Part shown: piece after piece, positions 1 through 12,158 of the stretch
How the letters are laid out: each line of letters opens with the position of its first letter
How positions within the stretch are numbered: position 1 is the first letter of the stretch
Origin: Squalus acanthias
Lineage: Eukaryota
Direction of reading: 5' to 3'
Assembly (NCBI GenBank): GCA_030390025.1
Contig: CM059432.1
Span: forward strand, 70,868,001 to 70,932,000
Length of the DNA: 64,000 bases
Notes under the pieces: model-generated
Told to the model about the DNA's origin: nothing
What the model saw: the letters and a program-made list of their open reading frames with translations, nothing else
Databases searched by the model: none
Made by a program: the position numbers and the translations under genes

Positions 1-115
1 AGGGCTACGGGGATAGAGCGGGGGAATGGGACTGACTGGATTGCTCTACAGAGAGCCGGCATGGACTCGATGGGCCAAATGGCCTCTTTCTGTGCCATTA
101 TGACTCTGTGACTCT
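1..115 (+). mobile_element. CR1 LINE 3' UTR/tail fragment
   Basis: gatgggcc..aatggcct motif followed by an 8-bp (atgactct)-type tandem tail, as at 42141-42348. Confidence 0.75.
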
Positions 116-1374
116 AAGGAACAGAGAGAGTAACAAAGGTAATAAGGCACCAGAGACTAAGGTGACATCAGGAAAAAATAGAAATATGTCAAAGCTAAAG
201 GCACTATATCTGAATGCGTGAAGCATTCGCAACAAAATAGATGAATTAATAGCGTGGATAGAAATTAACAGGTTTGATCTAATAGCCATTACAGAGATGT
301 GGTTGCAAAGTGGCCAAGGTTGAGAACTAAATATTCCAGGATACTTAACTTTTAGAAGAGATAGGCAAAATGGAAAAAGAGGAGGGGTAGCACTGATAAT
401 AAAGGATGGGATAAAAACAGTAGAGAGAAAGGATCTTAGCTCTGAAAATCAAGAAGTAGAATCATTTTGCATTGGGCTAAGAAACAGCAAGGGGCAGAAA
501 ACATTGGTGGGAGTTGTTTATAGGCCCCCAAACAGTAGTTGTAATGTAGGGTGGAGTATAAATCAAGAAATTAGAGGTGCATGTAACAAGGGTAATACAG
601 TAATCATGGGGGACTTTAATCTACATATAGACTGGGCAAACCAAATTTGCAGTAATAGTGTGGAGGACGAATTCATGGAATGTATCTAAGATAGTTTTCT
701 AGATCAGTATGTTGAGGAACCAACGAGGGAACAGGCTATTTTAGATCTAGTATTGTGCAACGAGAAAGGGTTAATTAATAACCTTGTAGTAAAAGGGCCT
801 TTAGGGAAGAGTGACCATAATATGATAGAATTTTATATTGAGTTTGAAAGTGATTTAGTTAAATCCAAAAATAGAGTCTTAAATCTAAACAAAGCAAACT
901 ATGTAGGTATGAGGGGCAAGTTGGCTAAGGTAGATTGGGAATCTACATTAAAAGGTATGATGGTTGACAAGCAATGGCTAGCATTTAAAGAATTAATATA
1001 TAATTTACAACAAATAAACATTCCTTTAAGGCACAAAAACCCCACAAGAAAAGTGGTCCCACCGTGGCTAACAAGAGAAGTTAAAGATAGTATTAGATTA
1101 AAGGAAGAGGCTTATATTGTTGCCAAAAAGAGTAGTAAGCCTGAGGATTTTGAGGATTTTAGAATTCAGCAAAGGAGGACCAAGAAATGGATAAAGAAAG
1201 GGAAAATAGAATGAGGGTAAACTAGCGAGAGACATAAAAACAGACTGTAAAAGCTTCTATAGGTATGTAAAAAGGAAAAGATTAGCAAAAGTAAGCGTGG
1301 GTCCTTTACAGGCTGAGACAGGCGAAATTATAATGGAGAATAAGGAAATGGCAGAGAAATTAAACAAATACTTT
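116..1374 (+). mobile_element. Degraded CR1 ORF2 5' half (APE endonuclease)
   Basis: KLKALYLNA, GVVYRPPN, IMGDFN, LGKSDHN motifs broken by stops. Confidence 0.88.
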
Positions 1375-1760
1375 GGCTGCGAATTTAATGGAGGAGGTGG
1401 GATGGTGGCGGGACAGCTGGTTTCCTGGTTCCGGTCCCGCTCCCAGCTGCAGCCGCTCTGTAAACGTGATTTTCCCTTGATTGGCCTTGTTAAGCCCGCC
1501 CTGCGGGCTTCCCGACCAATTAACAGGAAGCGGGTCTGATGATGTCATTTGATGACGCACCATCAACCAGTTTCCTTAAAGGGACCATGTCCACATGGAG
1601 TTTGACAGTTGTTCTGTCAGTGTTTGACAGCATTGACAAACACTGACAAGCACTACACAAAGGTGAACACTTGCACCCAGACTTGCTTATGGAGGGAGTC
1701 ACAGCATGCAGGGAGGTTCTCTTCCCTTCCAAGGGCGGAAGAGACCTCCACAGGACACCT
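1375..1760 (+). mobile_element. Harbinger-type terminal fragment with decayed Myb/SANT 5' end
   Basis: Starts ggctgcgaattt; homologous by eye to the reverse complement of about 15690-16076 (ggatggtggcggg, taaagggaccatgtcc, EVLFP..RPPQ remnant). Confidence 0.7.
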
Positions 1761-3541
1761 CATCCCTAGTTGCCCTTGAGAAGGTGGTGGTGAGCCGCCT
1801 TCTTGAACCACTGCAGTCTGTGAGGTGAAGGTACTCCCACAGTGCTGTTAGGGAGGGAGTTCCAGGATTTTGACCCAGCGACGATGAAGGAACGGCGATA
1901 TACTTCCAAGTCAGGATGGTGACTTGGAGGGGAACTTGGAGGTGGTGGTGTTCCCATGTGCCTGCTGCCCTTGTCCTTCTACATGGTAGAGGTCGCGGGT
2001 TTGGGAGGTGCTGCTGGAGAAGCCTTGACGAGTTCCTGCAGTGCATCTTGTAGATGGTACATACTGCAGCCATGGTACACCAGTGGTGGAAGGAATGAAT
2101 GTTTAAGGTGGTGGATGGAGTGTCAATCAAGTGGGCTGCTTTGTCTTGGATGGTGTCGAGCTTCTTGTTGGAGCTGCACTCATCCAGGCAAGTGGAGAGT
2201 ATTCCATCACACTCCTGACTTGTGCCCTGTAGATGGTGGAAAAGCTTTGGGGAGTCAGGAGGTGAGACACTTGCCGCAGAATACCTAGCCTCTGACCTAC
2301 TCTTGTTGCTACAGTATTTATGTGGCTGGTCCAGTTAAGCTTATGGTCAATGGTGACCCCCAGAATATTGATGGTGGGGGATTCGGCGATGGTAATGCCG
2401 TTGAATGTCAAGGGGCGGTGGTTAAATGCTCGCGTGTTGGAGATAGTCATTGCCTGGCACTTGTGTGACGTGAATGTTATCTGCCATTTATCAGCCCAAG
2501 CCTAAATGTCGTCCAGATCTTGCTGCATGCGGGCATGGACTGCTTCATTATCTGAGGAGTTGCGAATGGCACTGAACACTGTGCAGTCATCAGCGAACAT
2601 CCCCACTTCTGACCTTATGATGGAGGCAAGGTCATTGATGAAGCAGCTGAAGATGGTTGGGCCTAGGACACTGCCCTGAGGAACTCCTGCAGCAATGTCC
2701 TGGGGCTGTGATGATTGACCTCCACCCACCACAACCATCTTCCTTTGTGCTAGGTATGACTCTAGCCAGTGGAGAGTTTTCCCCCCGATTCCCATTGACT
2801 TCAGTTTTACTAGGGCTCCTTGATGCCATACTCGGTCAAATGCTGCCTTGATGTCAAGGGCAGTCACTCTCACCTCATCTCTGGAATTCAGCTCTTTTGT
2901 CCATGTTTGGACCAAGGCTGTAATGAGGTCTGGAGCTGAGTGGTCCTGGCGGAACCCAAACTGGGCATCAGTGAGCAGGTTATTGGTGAGTAAGTGCTGC
3001 TTGATAGCACTGTCGATGACACCTTCCTGACTGATGGGGCGGTAATTGGCCGGATTGGATTTGTCCTGCTTTTTGAGGACAGGACATACCTGGGCAGTTT
3101 TCCTCCTTGTCGGATAGATGCCAGTGTTATAGCTGTACTGGAACAGCTTGGCTAGAGGCGCGGCTAGCTCTGGAGCACAAGTCTTCAGCACAACAGCCGG
3201 GATGGTGTCGGGGCCCACAGCCTTTGCTGTATCCATTGCACTCAGCTGTTTCTTGATATCACGTGGAGTGAATCAAATTGGCTGAAGACTGGCTTCTGTG
3301 GTGGTTTTATTACTGAGATATCTTCACTGTTCTCCTCCCTCAGCCTCTGCACCGAACGACTTCTCATCCTCGGTGATTTCAACCTCCATCTCAATTCATC
3401 ATGCTTTCTCTCCTCTGAGTTTACTAGCCTCCTATCCTCCCTTAATCTCTCCCTCCATGTAAACTCCCCAACCCATATTCATGGCCACCCCCTCAACCTT
3501 GCCATCTCTTGTGGCCTCGCTACTCCTGTCATGTCAATTGC

Positions 3542-3645
3542 TCTCACTGCTAAACTTACCTGACGAAGGAGCGAACTGCTCCGAAAGCTTGTAAAATTAA
3601 ATAAATCTGTTGGACTATAACCTGGTGTTGTGCGACTTCTCATTT
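3542..3645 (+). mobile_element. Short Penelope-like terminal-repeat insertion (family P2)
   Basis: 11-bp TSD atgtcaattgc (3531-3541, 3646-3656); same sequence family as 24623-24858 and 52651-52899. Confidence 0.85.
3556..3594 (+). ncRNA. Minimal hammerhead ribozyme motif (P2)
   Basis: TTAC-CTGACGA-A-GGAGC-gaact-GCTCC-GAAA-GCTT-GTAA: core boxes, stem II, palindromic stem III, stem I TTAC/GTAA. Confidence 0.8.
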
Positions 3646-6600
3646 ATGTCAATTGCAGATAAGGCCATCGCTGACCATTTCCTCGTATCGCTCTCCACCC
3701 ACATCCCCCTTCCACCCACCGCCCCCACCCCCCCACACAACCCTACTTCCTTCTGTGTCCACCCCTGGAAAAAACTCTCTCCCAACTCTCTTACAACTGC
3801 ACTTATGAAATCCCAACTGTCCAGCCTCTGGCCCTCCATTCACCATGACATTTCTGCAGCTACCGATCTGCTCAACCACCCCCTCACCACTATCTTTGAT
3901 GCCCTAATCCCTACTAAAACAATTACCCTCTCTCAACCTGGCCGTTCCCCCTGGTACGGCTCTCATCTTCACTCCCTTAAGTCCAAGGGACGCAGACTCG
4001 AACGAATATGGCGGACAATTGGTTTAGCCATTCACTGCCAGATCTGGCTGGACCATAAAAAGCACTATCGGGCCCTGCTCTCGTCTGCCAAAATTGCTCA
4101 CTATTCCAGAATCATTCTGGAATGCAAAGATAAACCCTGGCTCCTATTCTCTACTGCTAACCATCTTCTTAAACCCCTCACCCCTGTCTCCTCTACCCTC
4201 ACCTCCGATAACAAGTATGAGGAGCTCATGGACTTCTTTGTCTCTAAGATTGAGACCATCCGTTCAGCTGCCTCTGCCACTTCCCTTCCTTCCCTTAGCC
4301 CACTGGGCCAAACTTCCTCTAAGGTTGCTCCCTGCCCTAGCCCTGAACTCACATCTTTCTCCAGTTTCTCTCCAATCTCCCCTCATGACCTCTCTGCGCT
4401 CACCTTGTCTATGAGACCCACCTCCTGCTCCCTCGACCCTATTCCCACCAAACTGCTGACCACCCAACTTCCTTTTCTGGCTCCCATGTTAGCTGATATT
4501 GTTAACGGTTCTCTCTCCTCAGGTACTGTCCCCCACTCCCTCAAATCTGCCATCATCACCCCGCTCCTCAAAAAATCAAACCTTGATCCCTCTGTCCTTG
4601 CAAACTACCACCCCATCTTCAACCTCCCTTTCCTCTCCAAAGTCCTTGAACGTGTTGTTGCCTCCTAAATCTGTGCCCATCTTTCCCGCAATTCCATGTT
4701 TGAATCCCTCCAATCAGGTTTCCGCCCTTGCCACAGTACCGAAACGGCTCTCATCAAAGTCACAAATGACATCTTTTGTGACTGTGACAATGGTAAACTA
4801 TCTCTCCTAGTCCTTCTTGACTTGTTTGCAGCCTTTGACATGGTTGACCACTCCATCCTTCTCCAATGCCTCTGCACCATCGTCCAGCTGGGTGGGACTA
4901 CACTTGCCTGGTTCCATTCTTATCTATCTAATCGTAACCAGAGAATCACCTGCAATGGCTTATCTTTCCACTCCCACATCATTACCTCTGGTGTCCCCCA
5001 AGGATCTATCCTTGACCCCCTCCTATTTCTCATCTACATGTTGCCCCTTGGCGACATCATCAGAAAACATAGCGTCAGTTTCCACATGTACGCTGACAAC
5101 ACCCAGCTCTGCCTCACTACTTCTTCTCTCAACCCCTCCACGGTCTCTAAATTGTCAGACTGCTTGTCCGACATACAGTTCTAGATGAGCAAAAATTTTC
5201 TCCAATTAAATATTGGGAAAACCGAAGCCATTGTTTTCAGTCCCCACCACAAACTCCATTCCCTAGCCACTGACTCCATCCCTCTCCCTAACATCTGTCT
5301 GAGGCTGAACCACACTTTTCGCAACCTTGGTGTCATATTTGACCCTGAAATGAGCTTCCGACCACATATCTGCGGCATATCAAAGACCACCTATTTCCAC
5401 CTCCGTAACATCGCCTGTCTCCGCCCTTGCCTCAGCTCATCTGCTGCTGAAACCCTCATCCATGCCTTTGTTACCTCTAGACTTGACTATTCCAACGCAC
5501 TCCTGGCTGGCCTCCCACATTCCACCCTACGTAAACTTGAGGTCATCCAAAACTCGGCTGCCCGTGTCCTAACTCACACCAAGTCCCAGTCGCCCACACC
5601 CCTGTGCTCACTGACCTACATTGGCTCCCGGTTAAGCAGCGTCTCGATTTCAAAATTCTCATCCTTGTTTTCAAATCCCTCCATGGCCTCGCCCCTTCCT
5701 ATCTCTGTAATCTCCTTCAGCCCCACAACCCCCCGAGACAGCTGCGCTCCTCGAATTCTGCCCTCTTGAGGATCCCTGATTATAATCGCTCAACCTTTGG
5801 TGGCCGTGCCTTCTATTGCCTAGGCCCTAAGCTTTGGAATTCCCTGCCTAAACCTCTCCGCCTTGCTACCTCTCTTTCCTCCTTTAAGATGCTCCTTAAA
5901 ACCTACCTCTTTGACCAAGCTTTTGGTCACCTGCCCTAATTTATCATTATGTGGATCGGTATCAAATTTTGTGCAGCGCCTTGGGACGTTTTACTACGTT
6001 AAAGGCACTATATAAATACAAGTTGTTTTTGTTGTTGTTGTGGTGGTGGGGACCTCAGGAGGAGGCCGATATGGATCATCCACTCGGCACTTCTGGCTGA
6101 AGATGGTTGCAAACGCTTCAGCTTTGTCTTTTGCACTCATGTGCTGGGCTCCACCATCATTGAGGATGGGGATATTCATGGAGCCTCCTCCTTCCGTTAG
6201 TTGTTTAATGGTCCACCACCATTCACGACTGGATGTGGCAGGACTGCAGAGCTTTGATCTGATCCGTTGATTGTGGGATCGCTTAGCTCTGTCTATAGCA
6301 TGCTGCTTCAGCTTTTCAGCATGCATGTAGTCCTGTGTTGCAGCTTCCCAGGTTGGCACCGCATTTTTAGGTACGCCTGGTGCTGCTCCTGGCATGCTCT
6401 TCTACACTCCTCATTGAACCAGGGTTGGTCCCCTGGCTTGGTGGTAATGGTAGAGTGAGGGATATGCCGGGCCATGAGGTTACAGATTGTGGTGGAATAC
6501 AATTCTGCTGCTGCTGATGGCCCACAGTGCCTCATGAATGCCCAGTTTTGAGCTGCTAAATCTGCTCTGAATCTATCCCATTTAGCACGGTAGTAGTGCC

Positions 6601-7579
6601 ACACAACACGATGGAGGGTGTCCTCAGTGTGAAGACAGGACTTTGTCTCCACAATGACTGTGCGGTGATCACTGCTAGCAATTATGTCATGGACAGATGC
6701 ATCTGTGACAGGTAGATTGGTGAAGACGAGGTCAAGTACATTTTTCCCTCGTGTTGGTTCTCTCACCACCTGTCGCAGGCCCAGACTGGCAGCTATGTCC
6801 TTCAGGACTCGGCCAGCTCGGTCAGTAGTGGTGCTGCCTGAGCCACTCTTGGTGATGGACATTGAAGTCCCCCACCCAGAGTACATTCTGTGCCCTTGCT
6901 ACTCTCAGTGCTTCTTCCAAGTGTTCAACATGATTCATCAGCTGAGGGCAGGCGGTAGGTGGTAATCAGCAGGAGGTTTCCTTGCCCATGCTTGACCTGA
7001 AGCTATGAGACTTCATGGGGTCTGTAGTCAATGTTGAGGACTCCCAGGGCCACTCCTTCCCGACTGTATACCACTGTGCCACCACCCCTGGTGGGTCTGT
7101 CCTGCCGGTGGGACAGGACATACCCAGGGATGGTGATGGAGGAGCTTCGGACATTGGCTGAAAGGTATGATTCTGTAAGTATGACTGTCAGGCTGGTGCT
7201 TGACTAGTCTGTGGGACAGCTCTCCCAATTTTGGCACCAGTCCCCAGATGCTGGTGAGGAGGACTTTGCAGGGTCGACTGGGCTGGGTGTGCCGTTGTCG
7301 TGTCCATAGCCGATGCCAAGGTCGATACCGGGTGGTCCGTACGGTTTTATTCTTATTGTTTTTCGTAGTGTTTTTTTTACAACTGAGTGGCTTGCTAGGC
7401 CATTTCAGAGGGCAGTTAAGAGTCAACCACATTGCTGTGGGTCTGGAGTCACAGACCAGGTAAAGAAAGCAGATTTCCATCCCTAAAGGACATTAGTGAA
7501 CCAGATGGGTTTTTCTGACAATCCGATAGTTTCATGGTCACCATTACTGATACTAGCTTTTTATTCCAGATTTGTTTAA

Positions 7580-7965
7580 TAAGGAGATATAAGGGCAGAT
7601 GACCAAAAGCTTGGTCAAAGAGGTAGGTTTTAAGGAGCGTCTTAAAGGAGGAAAGAGAGGTAGAGAAACGGAGAGTTTTAGGGAGGGAATTCCAGAGCTC
7701 AGGGCCTCGGCAGATGAAGGCACGGCCCCCAATGGTGGAGCGATTAAAATCGGTGATGCACAAGAGGCCACAATTGGAGGAGTGCAGATATCTCGGAGGG
7801 TTCTAGGGCTGAAGGAGGCTACAGAGATAAGGAGGGGGCAAGGCCATGGAGGGATTTGAAAACCAGGATGAGAATTTTAAAATCGAGGCGTTGCTCAACT
7901 GGGAGCCAATGTGGGTCAGCGAGCACAGGGGTGATGGGTGAACGGGACTTGGTACGAGTTAGGAT
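7580..7965 (-). mobile_element. L2 3' fragment
   Basis: HWLPVEQRLDFKIL..LWNSLP..FKTLLKTYLF remnants. Confidence 0.85.
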
Positions 7966-8089
7966 AAAAGACTTTACAAAGATAATTTTCCAAGTTTGTG
8001 TCGCCATAAAGGAACTGTAATGGACATAAAATCATGGGCGGTGTGCAAGTTCTCCACCAGTAGTGAAGACTTGGCTGGCTACATTTTTG

Positions 8090-9130
8090 TTCTCCTATAA
8101 ATGATTTAGATTTTGGCATTGAAATCACAGTATCGAAATATGGTGATGACAAAAAAGTAAGGAGTTTGGCAAACAGCAAGGAGGACTATAAAAGAGCTCA
8201 GGAAGTCATAAATAGGTTAGCGGAATGAGCGGATAGGTGGCAGATGCAATTTAATATGAAGTGTGAGGTAATGCATTTTGATAGGAAAATCAAGCGTGGG
8301 GGTAAGAAGTGTCTAGTCATGATGTTCCAGGGATCATGAGTGTGGAGCAGGCTCAATGGACCAGCTGGTCTATTCCTGACCGTCATTTTTGTATATTCGT
8401 AAGAAATGGGAGTATGGAAAGACCATGAAGGAGGAGACCTGAGGATGAAAAAACCAAATTACTTTGTGATTGTGAGTACTGGTAGATAAAGCAATAAAAA
8501 GAACAATGGTATCTTGTTTTTAATTAGGAGCAAAGTGCAAAACAAGAATGTAATGATAAATTTGTACAAAACAATGATTTGGCTACAGTTTGCAGTTTTG
8601 AGCACCCCATTACAGAAAGGACATTAAAGCCATAAAGATCCTGCAGTGTAGATTCATCAGGATGATACCAGGGATGAGAGACTACAGTTATGTGGAGATG
8701 AGATACTTGGATTACTTTCATTGGATGAGAGATGGTTAAGAGGGGAATTTAACAGGTTTTTAAAATTATGAAGTGGTTTTGATAGGGTGAGTAGGAAAAG
8801 ACTATTTCTTCTGGTTGGGGAGCCAGTGATGAGGGGGCATCAATTTAAAATTGTCACCAAAAAGTGAGGAGAGAAGTTAGGTAAACTATTTTGTGCAGAA
8901 ATTTGCTCGGGCATGATTGCTTTGCCACAGGTAGTAGCACAATTAGAGATTATTGCATCTTTTCTGGGAGGAGTGAATAAACATTTGAAGCAGAGGAACA
9001 TGCAGGGCAATGGGAGAGAGCGGCGCAGTGGGATCAGTTTTCGATTGCTCCAGCAAAGTGTCAGTACAGGCACTATGGGCCGAAATGTTGCCTTCTGCGA
9101 TGTAAACTTCTATGGTTCTATTGCTTCTAT
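8090..9130 (+). mobile_element. Highly decayed CR1 RT/3' end fragments
   Basis: atatggtgatgac, aagtgtgaggtaatgcattttg and CR1-type tail similarity. Confidence 0.65.
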
Positions 9131-9357
9131 GGTTCAACACAAAAATCAACTTCCATAGGCAAGCCTACACTTTCTATGAACTGAATCTTTAACTTATGTG
9201 CAAAATATCTGGGACAGTATTACCACAGGGCAAACAGTGAATTCTTCTATTGCTGGGGTATGCACTCGAATAATAGGACTTTCTCACCAGGTCTGATTCC
9301 CTGATTGGTTACTCTCACCAAGGAACAGCAGCCCCAGGTGAAGCTGGTTGGGAAATT

Positions 9358-9960
9358 GTGGGCCTACAGCCTCTGTGCTTTTGTCCATGGTGTGCCCATG
9401 ACATTGTTGCTGTTGTCCTTCCTAGTTAATTTCTGCAGTGCATGCTGTAGATAATACATACTCTAGCCAGAGTGCACCAGTAGAGGAGGGGGTGGATATT
9501 GAATATAGTGGTAGGGATGTCAATCAAATGGACTGCTTTGTCCTGGGTAGTGTCTAATTTCTTGAGTGTTGTGGCTGCAGCCATCTAGATGAGTGGTGAG
9601 TATTCCATCACACTCCTGAGATGAGCCTTGTAGATGGTGGAGAGGCTTTGAGAGGTCAGGAACTAAGCCACTCGGCTTCTGGCCTGCTTTGTAGCCACGG
9701 TGGTGATATGGCTAATTTCATTAAGCTTCTAATCAATACTAACCCCAGAATGTTGATGGTGGGCCCACAGCCTCTGTGCTTTTGTCCATGGTGTACCCAT
9801 GACATTGTTGCTGTTGTCCTTCCTAGTTAATTTCTGCAGTTGATGGATGGTGATGCAATTGAAGGTCCGGGGAAGGTGGTTTGGCCTTTTCTGGATGTTA
9901 TTAGTCACTTGTCAGCACAATCCTGGCATTGACCATAGACATGGACCATCGACATGGACT
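9358..9960 (-). mobile_element. Decayed CR1-group (Zenon-like) LINE fragment with 82-bp internal duplication
   Basis: Similar to 1950-2540; 9358-9439 repeated at 9759-9840. Confidence 0.65.
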
Positions 9961-11039
9961 TACATGGAGGAAATATTTTCTCTATGAAAATAGCACAAAC
10001 CAAGACAAATGAATATATTAAAGTCAGCAGGAATTCTAGAATAAAAGAGCATCTCATGTGACTGAACATTCCATAAATCGTTATAGCTACAACCAGGCCA
10101 CGAAGCTGAAAGGTCATCTTACATAAGAAGTGAGATCTAGAAACTGTCAGGAGAGGCAAAGCAACACTGGTGGCGTAAGTGATAACTTCAGCAACTGGAA
10201 AACTAAAATAGGTACTTTGAAAATTACATGTATTATAAAATCAAAGTACACAAATACTTGTAAAATCTGGGACTACAATCTGAAGTAGCAACTTTAAATA
10301 AATAGATGATATATTACAATAGTAGAAGTACGTTGATGCAGTGTTTGCAGTGTCATAGTAATTCTGTTTATTATTTGAACAATATGCGCAACAGATAAAA
10401 TAGGGACTAAAATAATATTGTTTTAAAAATTTTCTATATATTTTCAGACTCAGGTACGATGGGCCGAATGGCCTTCTAATGTGCTGTATCATTCTATGAT
10501 TCTATGTGACTATACTGTATATATATATATGCAGTATTTATATACACAGTATATTTGCACATCTTCCATGTTATTGCACACAGCGAGTCAGAGTTATGTT
10601 ATTGCAGGAGGGGGGAGTGCGAAGGAGAATAGCTCCTGTGGTGTGGAAGTGGGGGAGGGTGCAAATCTCCAGTAAAAGGATTTGGAAAGGGATAATGAAG
10701 TGAGACTTTTAATTGATTCTTGGAAAAGAGATAAGCCCCAGTTTTACAAAGCTACACTTGCATGTAACCTTGCTGGAGGTGGGCATGAGCTGTAAAATTG
10801 GGCCCCTCACCTTGTGCACCCAATTTGCAGAACACCAAATTTTGAGAGGTATGATTTTGGAGTAAGGCCTCATTAAAATCTAACATTTATGCAAAACAGG
10901 TCCCATGATGAATTTCACAACTCTACTCTCCTGGTGCATTCTTCATTCATATAAAATGGACACATGACAGTGAGATGGGCCTGGCCTGCAGTTTGGGTCT
11001 TGACTGCTGCAGTGCTAGTTGTAGTCAAGAGTGGGAGGA

Positions 11040-11220
11040 TGGAAATTGCTTTGGGCGTTCTGATGGTGTTGCATGAATAGGATGAGGGTGACCAATTCAT
11101 AAGGGCGCAATGTCTACAGGTCCAACGATACTTCAGGCGATATGTTTGCTTTTGGATGTAACCAAGGCCCAGTGTTCATAGACCACATTACTCCTACCTG
11201 GGTATGTCAGCGGCGACTCC
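11040..11220 (+). pseudogene. Decayed Harbinger (HARBI1-like) transposase 5' fragment, continuing at about 16080-16170
   Basis: SVHRPHYSYLGMS..QRRL continues as ..ETVTELCHL across the nested insertion. Confidence 0.6.
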
Positions 11221-11273
11221 GGTCGGAATTTTGCCAGCGCTCAGAGGATTGGAGATGGGTCAGAGGTTAAATT

Positions 11274-11942
11274 CGCTGACAAGGGTGGTGCTGTTGTTGT
11301 TTGGCGAACCGACCTCTACCTAGCGGAAGTTGAACGCCAACTCTCCGACACCTCCTCCTACCTCCACTGGACCATGACCGCACTACCGAACATCAAGCCA
11401 CCGTTTCCAAGACTGTCACTGACCTCATCTCCTCTGGAGATCTCCCCCCTCGAGGAACAGCACCTCATCTTCCGATTAGGCACTTTACAGCCTTCCGGAC
11501 TCAATATCGAGTTCAACAATTTCAGATCATAACCTCAGCCCCTACCACATATATACATTTTATCCACCCTTTTGGTTCTTGCCTTTTCCCTTTTTTTTCT
11601 CTCTCTCCCCCTACGGCAGCTGTCTCTCATTCTGCCAGCATTTCACACTTCTAGCCACCTTTTGTTTCTTAACCTGTCCCATTATCATCTCGTCTTGCCT
11701 TGAGCATCTCTTAATGTCTCTACTTACCATAGACCACCCCTTTTGTTCTTTTATTCCTCCCCCCAGCCTCCCCCTTGCTTTTTTATGTTTCATTTCCTGC
11801 TTTTTTCTCAGTTCTGACGAAGGGTTTCGACCTGAAACGTTAACTCTGTTTCTCTCTCCACGGATATTGCCTGGCCTGCTGAGTTTTTCCAGCGTTTTCT
11901 GTTCTTGTTTCAATTTTCCAGCATCCGCAGTATTTTGCTATC
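11274..11942 (+). mobile_element. Penelope-like element (family P1), internally deleted
   Basis: ADKGGAVVVWR motif joined near 11447 to the GIY-YIG C-terminus EEQHLIFRLGTLQPSGLNIEF; TSD gttaaatt (11266-11273, 11943-11950). Confidence 0.88.
11810..11845 (+). ncRNA. Minimal hammerhead ribozyme motif (P1)
   Basis: AGTT-CTGACGA-A-GGGT-ttcg-ACCT-GAAA-CGTT-AACT. Confidence 0.78.
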
Positions 11943-12158
11943 GTTAAATTTGCAATGATTGATGGCGGGTTCTGAACCCGCTGTTATCCTGCCTCCACGC
12001 AACTTTCCCGAGTGTCGCGTCCCCGATTTACAAACGGACCTGACACCAAGCGGCGAGAAAGGGATTAAAGGCACTTAACTGCCTATTAAGTGGTAGTTTA
12101 GCGCTATTTTCACAGGGGTTTTGGATTTTCCAGCTTCTGGGTCGGGTTTTACGACATT

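Larger units (their letters stand above)
3306..6038 (+). mobile_element. 5'-truncated L2 LINE with 9-bp TSD
   Basis: ORF2 pieces (QSGFRPCHSTETAL, GVPQGSIL, YADN, SRLDYSNALL), (ttg)n tail; TSD tgtggtggt at 3297-3305 and 6039-6047. Confidence 0.93.
1761..7575 (-). mobile_element. Near-full-length decayed CR1-group (Zenon-like) LINE, interrupted by an L2 at 3306-6038
   Basis: EN fragments (6308-6886 EPTRGKNVLDLV..SDH), RT 2502-3236 ([25 protein letters not shown]), C-terminus HHHLLKGN*; clade label is inference. Confidence 0.85.

Noticed and set aside
3610..4668. 352-aa ORF beginning MDYNLVLCD (also 52452-52685, 52829-53224)
   Set aside because: N-terminus comes from the non-coding Penelope terminal repeat fused by chance to L2 or MITE sequence
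9964..10194. Two apparent 72-nt minus-strand exons (10123-10194, 9964-10035) with AG/GTAAG ends; hydrophobic ORF 9905-10159 vaguely like an SDR N-terminal anchor
   Set aside because: The only open frame of the first joins the second as T+AA (stop); no recognisable domain or TGxxxGxG motif follows
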